From contig JAKLDN010000005.1 in assembly GCA_022703505.1 (NCBI GenBank), forward strand, positions 200,717 to 264,716: a stretch of 64,000 nucleotides of DNA, in the 5' to 3' direction. Shown here piece after piece: positions 18,440 through 28,339 of this stretch; position 1 is the first letter of the stretch, and each line of letters starts with the position of its first letter. This DNA comes from Spirochaetota bacterium. Lineage in GTDB: Bacteria; Spirochaetota; Spirochaetia; Treponematales; UBA12059. A program made the translations under genes and the position numbers. Below the pieces are notes generated by a model. That model searched no databases. It had not been told where the DNA came from and saw only the letters and a list, made by a program, of their open reading frames with translations.

Positions 18440-19870
18440 ATGCGAGGAAACCGAATCTTCCCCGCGGCCTTCCGGACCGCGATCCTCCTGGCCGCGATCC
18501 TCCTGGCCGCCTCCTGCGTCGGCGGGCCGGAACGCGCCCCCGTTCCCGAGAAGGTCCCGGATTCGGCCCTGAGCCCCCGGGAGCGGGAAATCCGGAGCAT
18601 GGAGTCCCTGTCCGACCTGCTGTCCAAGGGGGACTTCACGGCGGCGGAATCCCGCCTGCGCGCCCTGATCGCGGAGGACCCCGGGAAGAACGAGTACCGG
18701 ATCCTCCTTTCCTCCGTCCTGGTCTCCGCGGGCAAGGTACCCGAAGCCCGGGCCGCGGCCGCCGAGGCGGTCTCCGCTGCGCCCGCGGATCCCGGTGCCC
18801 TGATGGCGGTGGTCCAGGTGGAACGCTACTCCGGGGACGACAAGGCCCTCCGGGCCGCGCTGGACAAGGTCCTGGCGGTCGATCCGGCCAACGCGGAGGC
18901 CTTGGCGGCCTACGGGGACTCCTGGTACGCCGGCAAGAACTACACCAAGGCGGAGGAGCTCTATCGGAAGAGCGTCGCCTCGGATCCGCAGAACCTCTCC
19001 GGCCTCCTGGGCCTGGGAAGGACCCTCCTGCGCCGGGACAAGCCCGCGGACGCCGAACTGGTCCTCAACCAGGCGGTCCAGTCCCACCCCGCCTCCTCCC
19101 AGGCCCGGGCGGACCGGAGCCGGGTGCTCTACCGCAGGGGCAAGTACGCGGAGAGCCTTTCGGACCTGGACGAGGCCGTCCGGCTGGACCCGGCGGTGGC
19201 CTGGTACCGCATCGAGCGGGGGCGCTTCCGGATGGACATGGGCCGCCTGGACGAGGCCCGGGCGGACTTCGACGAGGCCATCCGCCTGGACCCGGACTAC
19301 TTCCTCCCCTACGTGTACCGGGCGGGGATGCTGGAGCAGGCGGGGCGGGACGAGGAGTCCCGGGCGGACTACCGGAGGATCACGGCCCTCTATCCGGACT
19401 ACTGGTACGCCTTCGAGTCCATCGGCGTCACCTCCTTCCGTCTCGGGGATTTCCCGGCGGCCCGGGAGGGGTTCGAAAAGGCCCTCTCCTATTCCCCCGG
19501 CAGGATGGAGTACGGCATCCTGGCGGTCATCTCCGCCTACCGGGCCGGCCAGGACGCGGAGGGCAAGGCCCTGGCCGCCCGCTACCTGGCCCGGGTGAGC
19601 CGGGAGACCCAGAACCTCCACTGGCTCATCCTCCGGCTCCTTCAGGACCGTAACGACGCGGTCTCGGAGCTGGAAACCAAGATACCCGCGGAGAGGAGCC
19701 TCGACACGCGGGCCGAAATGCTGTTCTATCTGGGGCAGTACTGGATGATCCAAGGCAAGGCTTCCCTGGGAGCCCGCTACCTCCTCCTGGCCAAGGACAT
19801 GGGCCGGGAGGGCATCCTGGAACACCGGCTGGCGGAAAAGGAGCTGGAGCGCATAAGCCCCAATCCCTGA
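18440..19870 (+). CDS. Tetratricopeptide-repeat lipoprotein
   Basis: Lipobox LLAASC; repeated TPR-like units (AEALAAYG...Y..A...Y; A...L..A...DP). Confidence 0.8.
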   Translation: MRGNRIFPAAFRTAILLAAILLAASCVGGPERAPVPEKVPDSALSPREREIRSMESLSDLLSKGDFTAAESRLRALIAEDPGKNEYRILLSSVLVSAGKVPEARAAAAEAVSAAPADPGALMAVVQVERYSGDDKALRAALDKVLAVDPANAEALAAYGDSWYAGKNYTKAEELYRKSVASDPQNLSGLLGLGRTLLRRDKPADAELVLNQAVQSHPASSQARADRSRVLYRRGKYAESLSDLDEAVRLDPAVAWYRIERGRFRMDMGRLDEARADFDEAIRLDPDYFLPYVYRAGMLEQAGRDEESRADYRRITALYPDYWYAFESIGVTSFRLGDFPAAREGFEKALSYSPGRMEYGILAVISAYRAGQDAEGKALAARYLARVSRETQNLHWLILRLLQDRNDAVSELETKIPAERSLDTRAEMLFYLGQYWMIQGKASLGARYLLLAKDMGREGILEHRLAEKELERISPNP

Positions 19871-19949
19871 TTCCGGCCGCCGGGGCCGCGGGACGAACGC
19901 CGGCCCCGTAGATCGCGACGATCCTTATACTTCGATTCTGGAGCGTGAG

Positions 19950-21119
19950 ATGCAGAACGTTCGCCGTTTGGAGCTCGGAGGCAGGACCTTCGTCCTGGTG
20001 GGGACGGCCCACGTCTCCCGGGAGAGCATCGACGAGGCCGCCGCCATCATCGAGTCCGAGAAGCCCGGGCGCGTCTGCGTCGAGCTGGACGAGGGGCGGT
20101 ACCGGTCCATGACCAAGGCCGCCTCCTGGGAGAGCCTGGACATCGGCAAGGTGCTCCGGGAGGGCAAGGGGTTCCTGCTCCTGGCCAACCTGGCCCTGGC
20201 CTCCTTCCAGCGCCGCCTGGGGGGAGACATCGGCGTGAAGCCCGGGGCGGAGATGCTGGCCGCCGTGGAGACCGCCGACCGCCTGGGCATACCCTGGAGC
20301 CTCTGCGACCGGGAAGTGCAGACCACCCTGCGTCGGGCCTGGGGCCGATCCGGCCTCTGGGGCAAGTCCAAGCTCCTGGCCAGTCTCCTGTCCGGGGTCT
20401 TCACGAACGAAAAGCTCTCCTCCGAGGAGGTGGAGAAGCTCAAGGAGCGTGACGAGCTGGACGGGATGATGCGGGAGCTAGCGGACTACATGCCCTCGGT
20501 CAAGGAGGTCCTCATCGACGAGCGGGACCGTTACCTGGCGGCCCGGATCTTCGCCCAGCCCGAATCCTCCCTGGTGGCGGTGGTAGGGGCCGGCCACCTG
20601 GACGGACTGGAGGCCTGGCTGCGGAAGTTCACCGAAGGCCGTTCCGGAGTCGACGTCTCGGACCTCGAGGTCGTGCCCCCTCCCTCCCCCCTCGCCCGGG
20701 CCCTGGGATGGATCATACCCCTGGCCCTGGTCGGCCTCATCGCCGCGGGCTTCTTCCGCTCCGGCGCGGCGGTGAGCCTGCGCATGCTGCTCCAATGGGT
20801 GCTCTGGAACGGATCCCTGGCGGCCCTGGGTTCGGCCCTCTGCATGGCCCACCCACTGACCATCCTGGCCTCCTTCCTGAGCGCCCCCGCGGCCACCCTT
20901 AACCCCCTGATCGGGGTCGGGATGTTCGCGGGCCTCGTGGAGGCCTTCCTCCGCAAGCCCTCGGTCCGGGATTTCGAGACCCTGAACGAGGACATCTCCA
21001 CCCTGAAGGGTTTCTACCGCAACCGGGTGACCCACATCCTGCTCATTTTCTTCCTCTCCAGCCTGGGGGGCGCCTTGGGCAACTTCATCAGCATCCCCGT
21101 CCTGGCCGGGGGGCTCTAG
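19950..21119 (+). CDS. TraB/PrgY (TIKI/GumN superfamily) protein with C-terminal TM domain
   Basis: LVGTAHVS, VCVELD, KPGAEM, LIDERDRY and AVVGAGH motifs, then hydrophobic helices. Confidence 0.88.
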   Translation: MQNVRRLELGGRTFVLVGTAHVSRESIDEAAAIIESEKPGRVCVELDEGRYRSMTKAASWESLDIGKVLREGKGFLLLANLALASFQRRLGGDIGVKPGAEMLAAVETADRLGIPWSLCDREVQTTLRRAWGRSGLWGKSKLLASLLSGVFTNEKLSSEEVEKLKERDELDGMMRELADYMPSVKEVLIDERDRYLAARIFAQPESSLVAVVGAGHLDGLEAWLRKFTEGRSGVDVSDLEVVPPPSPLARALGWIIPLALVGLIAAGFFRSGAAVSLRMLLQWVLWNGSLAALGSALCMAHPLTILASFLSAPAATLNPLIGVGMFAGLVEAFLRKPSVRDFETLNEDISTLKGFYRNRVTHILLIFFLSSLGGALGNFISIPVLAGGL

Positions 21120-21155
21120 CGGGTTGCTGGAATACTCGAAGGTTTTCAACAACCC
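21116..21155 (+). repeat. CTAG-anchored palindromic element, copy A
   Basis: ctagcgggttgctggaatactcgaaggttttcaacaaccc; its TAG is the stop of the TraB-family gene; 31/36 identical to the reverse complement of 46121-46156. Confidence 0.75.
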
Positions 21156-21278
21156 GTACGCCCCGGCCGGACAGGTGGGACCGCGCATATTCTTGTTGTG
21201 CACGCCATTATCTGAACTTCGCATAATTCGCGGCCCAGTCTGATTAAACGAAACGGCAATATGTGAACACCCCCGTCC

Positions 21279-21324
21279 TTGACAACCTAAACCATCCGCG
21301 ATATATATGAATATATGTTCATAT
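21279..21324 (+). promoter_or_regulatory. Promoter with ArsR/SmtB/CadC-type operator
   Basis: TTGACA (21279-21284)-17 nt-TATATA (21302-21307), overlapped by ATATGAA-N6-TTCATAT (21305-21324). Confidence 0.75.
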
Positions 21325-21370
21325 GTTCATTTGTTTATACGGCCTCGGAGTCGGACCGGGAGGGGCGAAG

Positions 21371-21757
21371 GTGAGCGATTCGGACAGGGCCGCGGTCTGC
21401 GGATGCCGTACGGTCCACGAGGACCGCGTCGAGCGGGCCCGGGAGGCCCAGATCCCGGTGGCGCGCCTGCTCCGCATGGGAGAGCTCTTCAAGGTCTTCG
21501 CGGACCCCTCACGGCTGCGCATCCTGGGCGCCCTGGCCTCGGAGGAGCTCTGCGTCTGCGACCTGGCCTCGGCCCTGGATATGTCCCAGTCCGCCGTGAG
21601 CCACCAGCTGGCGGTCCTCAAGCGGTCCCGGTTGGTGCGGTACCGGAGGGACGGGAAGACGGTCTTCTACTCCCTGGACGACGACCACGTACGCCAGATC
21701 CTGGCGGTGGCTTCCGGGCACCTGGCGGAAGAGGATGGAATCCATGGAATCCGATAG
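21371..21757 (+). CDS. Metal-sensing ArsR/SmtB (CadC-like) repressor
   Basis: FKVFADPSRLRIL, LCVCDLA, SQSAVSHQL and YSLDDDHV motifs; N-terminal CGC; GTG start. Confidence 0.88.
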   Translation: MSDSDRAAVCGCRTVHEDRVERAREAQIPVARLLRMGELFKVFADPSRLRILGALASEELCVCDLASALDMSQSAVSHQLAVLKRSRLVRYRRDGKTVFYSLDDDHVRQILAVASGHLAEEDGIHGIR

Positions 21758-23741
21758 CGGCCGAGAATGCTCCTGCGCGACCTGCTCCCGGGCGGCTGAG
21801 GCCGAAAGCGGGGCCCGAAGCCGCGCCGGGGACCCCGGCCGCGCCGTCGATCCCGCCCTGACCCGGGAGGGCCTCTTCCTGGGCGCCGCCGCCCTGGTGG
21901 CCGGCGCGGGGTTCCTGCTGGAGTCCGGCCTGACCGGCGGACCGGACGCGAAGCCCCTCGTCCTCGCCCTTTTCGTCGCGGCCTATCTCCTGGCCGGTTG
22001 GAACGTGATCGCCGGAGCGGTCCGGAACCTCCTGGCCGGCCGCCCCTTCGACGAGCTCTTCCTCATGACCGTGTCGACCATCGGGGCCTTCCTGATCGGC
22101 CATCCCGAGGAGGCCGTGGGGGTGATGGTCTTCTACAAGATCGGGGAGCTCCTCCAGGAGTCCGCGGCCCTGCGGAGCCGGAGGTCCATCCGGGCGGTCC
22201 TGGCCCTGAGGCCGGATTCCGCCCGGGTCCTACGGGACGGCCGTCCGGTCGTCGTCCGGCCCGAGGAAGTCCGGGTCGGCGAGCCGGTCCGGGTGCGCCC
22301 GGGAGAGCGGGTGCCCCTGGACGGCGTGGTCGAGCACGGCGAGGGCTGGGTGGACTCCAGCGCCCTGACCGGGGAGTCCGTACCCCGGCGCGCCCTCCCG
22401 GGCGTCGAGATCCTGGCCGGCTCCATAGCCCGGGAGGGGGAGCTCACGGTCCGCGTGATCCGGCCCGCCTCGGAATCCTACGCGGCCCGGATCGCGGACC
22501 TGGTGGAGAACGCCTCCCACGCCAAGGCCCGGCCGGAGCGCTTCATCACCCGCTTCGCCCGGTGGTACACCCCCGCCGTGGTCGCGGCAGCTGCGGGACT
22601 GGCCTTCCTCCCGCCGCTTCTCGTGCCGGGACAGTCGCTCTCGGACTGGGTCTACCGGGCCCTGGTGATGCTCGTCATCTCCTGCCCCTGCGCCCTGGTC
22701 CTGAGCGTGCCCCTGGGGTACTTCGCGGGCCTGGGGGGCGCCGCGAGGCGAGGCATCCTGGTCAAGGGTTCCCAGGCCTTCGAGGCCCTGGCGGAGGCCC
22801 GGACCGTGGTCTTCGACAAGACCGGCACCCTGACCCGGGGCGAGTTCGAGGTGCGCGCCGTGATCCCCCGGGACGGCCGCTCGGAACGGGAGGTCCTGGA
22901 AGGCGCGGTCCGGGCGGAGTCGGGGTCCAACCACCCGATCGCCGCGGCCCTGCGCCGGGAAGCCGGGCGCCGGGGCCTTCCGCCCGCTCCGGAAGCGGGC
23001 GCCCCGGTCTACCGCCGGGAGACGGCGGGCAGGGGCGTCTCGGCGCGGGACGGGGAATCCCACGTGCTCGCGGGGTCCGCGGCCTTCCTTGCCGAGGAGG
23101 GGATCGCCCTGCCGGAGGCCCCCCCGGAGCCCGAGCTGGGCGCCGGAACCGAGGTCCTGGTCGCGGCGGACGGCTCCTACCTGGGCCGCATCCTCCTGGG
23201 GGACTCCGTGAAGCCCGACGCTCGGGAGGCTCTGGACCGTCTCCGGTCCCAGGGGATCCGGCGCTTCGTCCTCCTGACCGGGGACGCCCGGGGTCCGGCC
23301 CACGAGGCGGCCTCGGAGCTCGGCATCGGGGAGGTCCACTTCGGCCTTTTACCCCACGAGAAGCTCGAGCGGATGGAGACCCTCCTGGCCAAGCGGAACG
23401 GAGAGCCGGGAGGGATCCTCTTCGTCGGGGACGGGATCAACGACGCCCCGGTCCTGGCCCGGGCGGACGTGGGGGTGGCCGTAGGCACCGGGGCTGACGC
23501 GGCCCTGGAGACCGCGGACGCGGTCCTCATGTCCGACCGCTTGTCCGCCCTTCCGGAGGCGGTTTTTCGGGCCCGGAAGACCCGGGGCATCGTCCGGCAG
23601 AACATCGTCTTCGCCCTGGGCTTCAAGCTGGTCTTCCTGGCCCTGGGAGCCGCGGGGTTCGCCGACATGTGGCTGGCCGTGGTGGCCGACGTCGGGGTGG
23701 CCCTGACGGCGGTGCTGAACTCGGTCCGGGCGCTCAAGTAG
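21744..23741 (+). CDS. cadA: Heavy-metal P1B-type ATPase (Zn/Cd/Pb, CadA/ZntA-like)
   Basis: LTGES, SCPCAL, DKTGTLT, HP and GDGINDAP motifs; Lys in TM7 and DVG in TM8; N-terminal CSCATC. Alternative start 21735. Confidence 0.88.
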   Translation: MESDSGRECSCATCSRAAEAESGARSRAGDPGRAVDPALTREGLFLGAAALVAGAGFLLESGLTGGPDAKPLVLALFVAAYLLAGWNVIAGAVRNLLAGRPFDELFLMTVSTIGAFLIGHPEEAVGVMVFYKIGELLQESAALRSRRSIRAVLALRPDSARVLRDGRPVVVRPEEVRVGEPVRVRPGERVPLDGVVEHGEGWVDSSALTGESVPRRALPGVEILAGSIAREGELTVRVIRPASESYAARIADLVENASHAKARPERFITRFARWYTPAVVAAAAGLAFLPPLLVPGQSLSDWVYRALVMLVISCPCALVLSVPLGYFAGLGGAARRGILVKGSQAFEALAEARTVVFDKTGTLTRGEFEVRAVIPRDGRSEREVLEGAVRAESGSNHPIAAALRREAGRRGLPPAPEAGAPVYRRETAGRGVSARDGESHVLAGSAAFLAEEGIALPEAPPEPELGAGTEVLVAADGSYLGRILLGDSVKPDAREALDRLRSQGIRRFVLLTGDARGPAHEAASELGIGEVHFGLLPHEKLERMETLLAKRNGEPGGILFVGDGINDAPVLARADVGVAVGTGADAALETADAVLMSDRLSALPEAVFRARKTRGIVRQNIVFALGFKLVFLALGAAGFADMWLAVVADVGVALTAVLNSVRALK

Positions 23742-23819
23742 GGGCCGGGGCCGGGCCGCCTTGCGGATCCGGGGCCCCGGGGGCTAGACTTGGGTCAGCC
23801 CATCCCACGGAGGCCGTCC

Positions 23820-24725
23820 ATGGACGAGATCCTGGCCTGGGGCCTGGAGGTCGTACGGTCCGTGCAGACCGCCGCCTCCCCGGGTCTCACGGCGTCGTTC
23901 CGTTTCCTGAGCCTGCTCGGGACGGAGTACTTCTTCCTCTTCGCCCTGCCCGTGGTCTACTGGTGCGTGGATCACCGGAAGGGAATCCGCCTGGGGCTCC
24001 TGGTCCTGGTTTCCGCGGTCCTGAATTCCTGGCTCAAGGTGGTCTTCCGGCAGCCCCGGCCCTACGACCTGGACCCCTCGGTCGGAATGGCCCGGGAGAC
24101 GAGCTACGGCCTGCCCTCGGGCCACTCCCAGAGCTCGGCCACCTTCTGGGGAGTCGTCGCCCCCTGGATCCGCGCACCCTGGGGCCTCGTGCTGGCCCTG
24201 GCCCTGCCCTTCCTGATCGGACTTTCCCGGGTCTACCTGGGGGTGCACTTCCCCACGGACGTCTTCCTGGGCTGGGCCCTGGGAGCCCTCTTCGCGGCGT
24301 CCCACGCCGTCTGGGGGGATACCCTGGAGGCCCTGGTCGGGCGCCTACCGGGACGGCTGTGGATCGCGGCGGCCGCCGCGGCGGCCCTGGGCATGAACGC
24401 CCTGAACCCGGAGGAGACGGGACTGCCGGGCGCCCTTTTCGGCATGGTGGTCGGGGCCGTCCTGGCCGCATCCCGGGCCCGGTTCGACGCCGCCTCGGGC
24501 GGCCTCGCCCGGAAAGCCCTGCGGCTGGCCGCGGGGACGGCGGGAGCCGCGGTCCTCTATTTCGGCCTCAAGGCCGTCCTTCCGGGTGAAGGTTCCGCGA
24601 ACTACGCCCTCTTCCGCTTCCTGAGGTACGGAGTCCTGGGCGCCTGGGTCTCCCTGGGGGCTCCCTGGGTCTTCCTTCGCCTGGGTCTCGCGGAGGAACG
24701 GCCCGCGGCTACTCCGCGAACGTGA
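23820..24725 (+). CDS. PAP2-family membrane phosphatase
   Basis: KVVFRQPRP, PSGH and SRVYLGVHFPTDV catalytic motifs; ggagg SD. Confidence 0.88.
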   Translation: MDEILAWGLEVVRSVQTAASPGLTASFRFLSLLGTEYFFLFALPVVYWCVDHRKGIRLGLLVLVSAVLNSWLKVVFRQPRPYDLDPSVGMARETSYGLPSGHSQSSATFWGVVAPWIRAPWGLVLALALPFLIGLSRVYLGVHFPTDVFLGWALGALFAASHAVWGDTLEALVGRLPGRLWIAAAAAAALGMNALNPEETGLPGALFGMVVGAVLAASRARFDAASGGLARKALRLAAGTAGAAVLYFGLKAVLPGEGSANYALFRFLRYGVLGAWVSLGAPWVFLRLGLAEERPAATPRT

Positions 24726-25731
24726 AGGTCTTGTCCGTCAGGTTGAAGGCCTTGGAAGCCCCCGGAGACAGGTAGAGCCTCCGCTGGTCGTCCACGTAGA
24801 TCGCCTCGACCCCGGGCAGGGTCCGGACCAGGGCCAGGCCCCGTTCCCGCCCCAGGGCGAAGAGGGTCGTGGACAGTCCGTCCGCGTCGATGGAGGAGGG
24901 GGCGATGACCGTCACGGAGACGATCTCGGACTCCACGGGACTTCCCGTCCGGGTGTCCAGGATGTGGTGGTAACGCTTCCCGTCCTGCTCGAAGAACCTC
25001 TCGTACACCCCGCTGGTCACGACGGTGCCGGCGCCCATGCTGACGATCCCCAGGTAGCTGCCCCGGTCATTGAAGGGATTCTGCACCCCCACCCGCCAGA
25101 GGGACCCGTCGGCCTTCTTCCCGTACACCAGGACGTTTCCCCCCAGGTCCACGACCGCGGCCCGGACCCGGCGTTCCCCCAGGATGCGGGCGGTCTCGTC
25201 CGCGGCGTAGCCCTTGGCGATGGCCCCCAGGTCCAGGCGCATGCCGGACCGGGGCAGGAAGACCGTCGAGGCCCGTTCGTCCAGGACCACGGACTTCCAG
25301 CTCACCAGGGGCAGGGCCTCCCGGATCTCCCGGTCCGAGGGAACCCTCTGTCCGTCCAGTCCGATGTTCCAGAGCTTGACCACGGGCCCGATGGTCGGAT
25401 CGAAGGCCCCGTTCGAGAGCCGGGCGTATTCCAGGGCCTTCTTGACCACGAAGAGGGTGTCCGGGGACACCCGGACGGGGGAGCGGCCCGCGGCCTCGTT
25501 GACCGCGGCGATCTCGGTGCCCTCCCGGTTGGCGCTCATCCGGGCCTCGATCTCCCGGAGCCGGGCGAAAACCGCCTGGAGGACCGCCTCGGATCCCCCG
25601 TCCTGGAGGGAGACCGTACAGATGGTGCCCAGGACGTACTCGGATCCCCGCAGGGGCTCCCGGGTGCCCGTCCGGGCGCAGGCGGATAGGGAAAGGGAAA
25701 GGCACAGGAGTGCCGGAACGATACGGCGCAT
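24709..25731 (-). CDS. apbE: FAD:protein FMN transferase (ApbE) lipoprotein
   Basis: Lipobox LSAC; GAFDPTIGP, LDLGAIAKGY, VTSGVYER, HHILDTRTG and ADGLST motifs. Confidence 0.93.
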   Translation of the reverse strand: MRRIVPALLCLSLSLSACARTGTREPLRGSEYVLGTICTVSLQDGGSEAVLQAVFARLREIEARMSANREGTEIAAVNEAAGRSPVRVSPDTLFVVKKALEYARLSNGAFDPTIGPVVKLWNIGLDGQRVPSDREIREALPLVSWKSVVLDERASTVFLPRSGMRLDLGAIAKGYAADETARILGERRVRAAVVDLGGNVLVYGKKADGSLWRVGVQNPFNDRGSYLGIVSMGAGTVVTSGVYERFFEQDGKRYHHILDTRTGSPVESEIVSVTVIAPSSIDADGLSTTLFALGRERGLALVRTLPGVEAIYVDDQRRLYLSPGASKAFNLTDKTFTFAE

Positions 25732-25801
25732 GGAGGGAAGTATTCCGATAATCCCCGGTTTGTTCAATCCGCGGGCCGGGATACGGCGGGGTCGCGCCCT
25801 C

Positions 25802-26437
25802 TCACAGGAAGTACGGCCGTTCCGCGGCGACGGTGGTCGTCTCCCCGTGGCCCGGGAAGATCGTCGTGTCCGGGGGCAGGACCAGGATGCGCCGCCGGAT
25901 GCTGTCCAGGATGGCCTCCTCGGAGGAATCGAAGTTGTCCGTCCTTCCCAGGCCGCCCCGGAAGAGGGTGTCCCCGGCCAGGAGGGCGGAATCCCCCTCG
26001 ATATAGAAGCAGCAGCTGCCCGAGGTGTGTCCCGGGGTGTGCAGGACACGGATGGAGGTGCCCGGAAGGGAATCCCCGTCCGAAAGGAGTACGTCCGCCT
26101 CGGGCAGGGGAGACCAGAAGCGGGTGAAGAAGCTGCGGGCGCCGATATCCGTGAAGGTCCGCAGGTTGGTCTCCTCCCCGAGGGCCCCCAGGTAGCGGGC
26201 GTCCGCGGCGTGGATCGCCACGGGCACGGGCCCCAGGAGGGCGAGGAGGCCCGGAAGGCCGGCGGTATGGTCCAGATGTCCGTGGGTGAGGGCGACGCAG
26301 ACGGGCTTCCGGCCTTCCAAGGCGGCGGCGATCCGCTCGGGCTCCGCCCCGGGATCCACGACGATCGCCCGGCCCCCGCCCAGGTCCACGATATGGACGT
26401 TCACTCCGATAGGCCCTACACTCAAGGTCGTGATCAT
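25802..26437 (-). CDS. Metallo-beta-lactamase-fold hydrolase (glyoxalase II/YcbL-like)
   Basis: VDPG, THGHLDH, HTPGHT, GDTLF and PGHG motifs. Confidence 0.88.
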   Translation of the reverse strand: MITTLSVGPIGVNVHIVDLGGGRAIVVDPGAEPERIAAALEGRKPVCVALTHGHLDHTAGLPGLLALLGPVPVAIHAADARYLGALGEETNLRTFTDIGARSFFTRFWSPLPEADVLLSDGDSLPGTSIRVLHTPGHTSGSCCFYIEGDSALLAGDTLFRGGLGRTDNFDSSEEAILDSIRRRILVLPPDTTIFPGHGETTTVAAERPYFL

Positions 26438-26482
26438 AGGAATGGTATCCTATCGAAGCCCCGGGGGAGGGGCAATACCGGC

Positions 26483-27445
26483 ATGCTCCGGTCCCTGACC
26501 CTGGCGGTCCTGGCGGCCCTGCTCTTCTACGGGGTCCTGCCCGTCGCCGGGGCCTTCTCGGCCCGGGCCGGGTGGAGGACCTTCCGGAGACGGTTCCTGG
26601 CCTCCCTCGGTTACGCGCCCCTCGCCCTGGGGGACGGACTGCGGTCCCCGGAGGGAGAGGTCCTGGTACGGCGGCATTCCGGCTCCGCGGAGGTCCTCCA
26701 GGGGGAGGACCGGCTCTGGGTCCGCGGCGATGGAACGACCGCGGCGGTCCTACTCAAGGACGCCCGCATCTACCTGCTCCCGTCGGCACGGACCCCGGAG
26801 GGCCCCTATGATCTCGAAGCCGCGGACGAATCCCTGCAGCCCGCGGCCTGGAACCGGCTGTCCGGCCTCTCGGAGGGGGCCCGGGTCTACGCGGCCGGAA
26901 ACCTCAGGATCGAGGGCGGTCTTCCCGTCTTCTTCGGTTCCCCCGCCGAGCCCCTGTTGATCCTGATCCACGACGGCCGGGACGGGGATCTTGCCCGGCG
27001 CGCGGTCTGGGCGGGCCGGCACCGGAACGAGTACTGGAATCCCGTCACCCTGGTGTCCCTGACCGCGGGCTTCCTCTCCACGGGAGCGGCCCTCTACGAC
27101 CTGCTGCGGCCGCCCCTGCTGTCCCTACCCGCGGCCCTGGCGGCCGCCCTGACCGTCTCCCCGGTCCTCCCCTTCCTGCCGCCCGGGCTGGCCTTCCTTT
27201 CGATATACCGCAGACTCTGGGCCCGGGCGCGGTATCTCCGGGCGCATAGGGACCTGTTGAGATCCGGACTGGAGGACCCGGGCGGGAAGTACGGCCCCGG
27301 GGACGCGGAGGACCCGGAGGACGCGGCCGAGGCCCGCGTGCGCAGGGCCCGCAAGGATGAAGTCCTGGCCGGGCTGGCCTTCGCGGCCGCCCTGTCGTCG
27401 AATTTCCTGCTGGCCGTGCTCGCGGTCCGCGGGATCATTCGTTGA
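26483..27445 (+). CDS. Hypothetical membrane protein
   Basis: N-terminal TM, soluble middle region and C-terminal hydrophobic helices; GC3-consistent frame. Confidence 0.65.
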   Translation: MLRSLTLAVLAALLFYGVLPVAGAFSARAGWRTFRRRFLASLGYAPLALGDGLRSPEGEVLVRRHSGSAEVLQGEDRLWVRGDGTTAAVLLKDARIYLLPSARTPEGPYDLEAADESLQPAAWNRLSGLSEGARVYAAGNLRIEGGLPVFFGSPAEPLLILIHDGRDGDLARRAVWAGRHRNEYWNPVTLVSLTAGFLSTGAALYDLLRPPLLSLPAALAAALTVSPVLPFLPPGLAFLSIYRRLWARARYLRAHRDLLRSGLEDPGGKYGPGDAEDPEDAAEARVRRARKDEVLAGLAFAAALSSNFLLAVLAVRGIIR

Positions 27446-28157
27446 CGGGGTCGTCTCCCTCGGTTTCTTCCTCCCCTTCGGGGCGGTCCTCGGGCCTCCC
27501 GGGCCGGGACTCTTCCTTCCGCGGGCGGGCCCGGTTGACCGCGAGCTTCCGCCCCTTGAAGGACGTGCCGTCCGCGTCCTGGATGATGAGGTCCGCGGCT
27601 GCGGGATGCACGTTGACGAAAGTGTAGTTGTCGAAGGTCCGGATGGATCCGATGTCCGATTCCTCGAGGCCGGAGATCCCGGAGAGCACCCGCAGGACGT
27701 TCTGGGCGGTGAAGCGTTGGCGGCGGCCCATGCTGAAGAAGAGGGTCGTGCCCTCCCCGGAGTAGGAGCCTTTCCGGATCCGGAGGTCCGCCGATTCGAG
27801 GGCATTCTCGGTCCCGGCCTTGCCCGACGGAGCGCCGGGCTTACCGGGCGCCGATCCGGGAGATCGCTTTTCGCCCTTCGGCCCCACGACCCGGTTCGGT
27901 CCCGGGGCGGGGACGGGGACCGAGCGGCGGGGACCGGCGGAAGCGCCCAAGGCACGAAGGACCAGGGCCGCCGCGACGTAGGACCGGAGATGGAAGGGGA
28001 CCCGGGAGCGGAAGAGGGACCGGCAGGCGTTCAGGATGGCCGGGTCGCGGATGGAGCGCACGTCTTCCAGGATCTTCCCGATGAGAGCCTCGGCTTCCGC
28101 GGCGGGAAAGCCGTGTTGCGTATCTTCCGTTGACACATCAAACTCCTTGGTTTCCAT
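27435..28157 (-). CDS. Protein with a DbpA-type RNA-binding domain and no helicase core
   Basis: C-terminal TTLFFSMGRRQRF...DIGSIRTFDNYTFVNV...KGRKLAVNRA resembles the DbpA RRM-like domain. Alternative start 28184. Confidence 0.7.
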   Translation of the reverse strand: METKEFDVSTEDTQHGFPAAEAEALIGKILEDVRSIRDPAILNACRSLFRSRVPFHLRSYVAAALVLRALGASAGPRRSVPVPAPGPNRVVGPKGEKRSPGSAPGKPGAPSGKAGTENALESADLRIRKGSYSGEGTTLFFSMGRRQRFTAQNVLRVLSGISGLEESDIGSIRTFDNYTFVNVHPAAADLIIQDADGTSFKGRKLAVNRARPRKEESRPGRPEDRPEGEEETEGDDPVNE

Positions 28158-28339
28158 ATTGGCGGATACCGGGTGGAATCGCAAGGGCCCGGGCTCGCGG
28201 CGCCTCCGGAATCCGGCCCGATTAAATATATTATTATATCTATATTATCTATTCCATACTTGACCGAACGGCAAAATCCGGGCAAGATTATGGAGATTTC
28301 GGGGCGAACCAAATCATGAATCCTACGCAAGGAGCGTAT

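Noticed and set aside
19950-21119. TraB name suggesting a conjugative element
   Set aside because: This is the TraB/PrgY/TIKI family, commonly chromosomal. No relaxase, T4SS, integrase or att-like boundaries are nearby.
28205-28265. AT-rich tract as a sign of foreign DNA or an origin
   Set aside because: It is short and sits in a divergent promoter region next to a TTGACC -35-like hexamer, so it is best explained as UP-element or promoter DNA. I saw no DnaA-box cluster.
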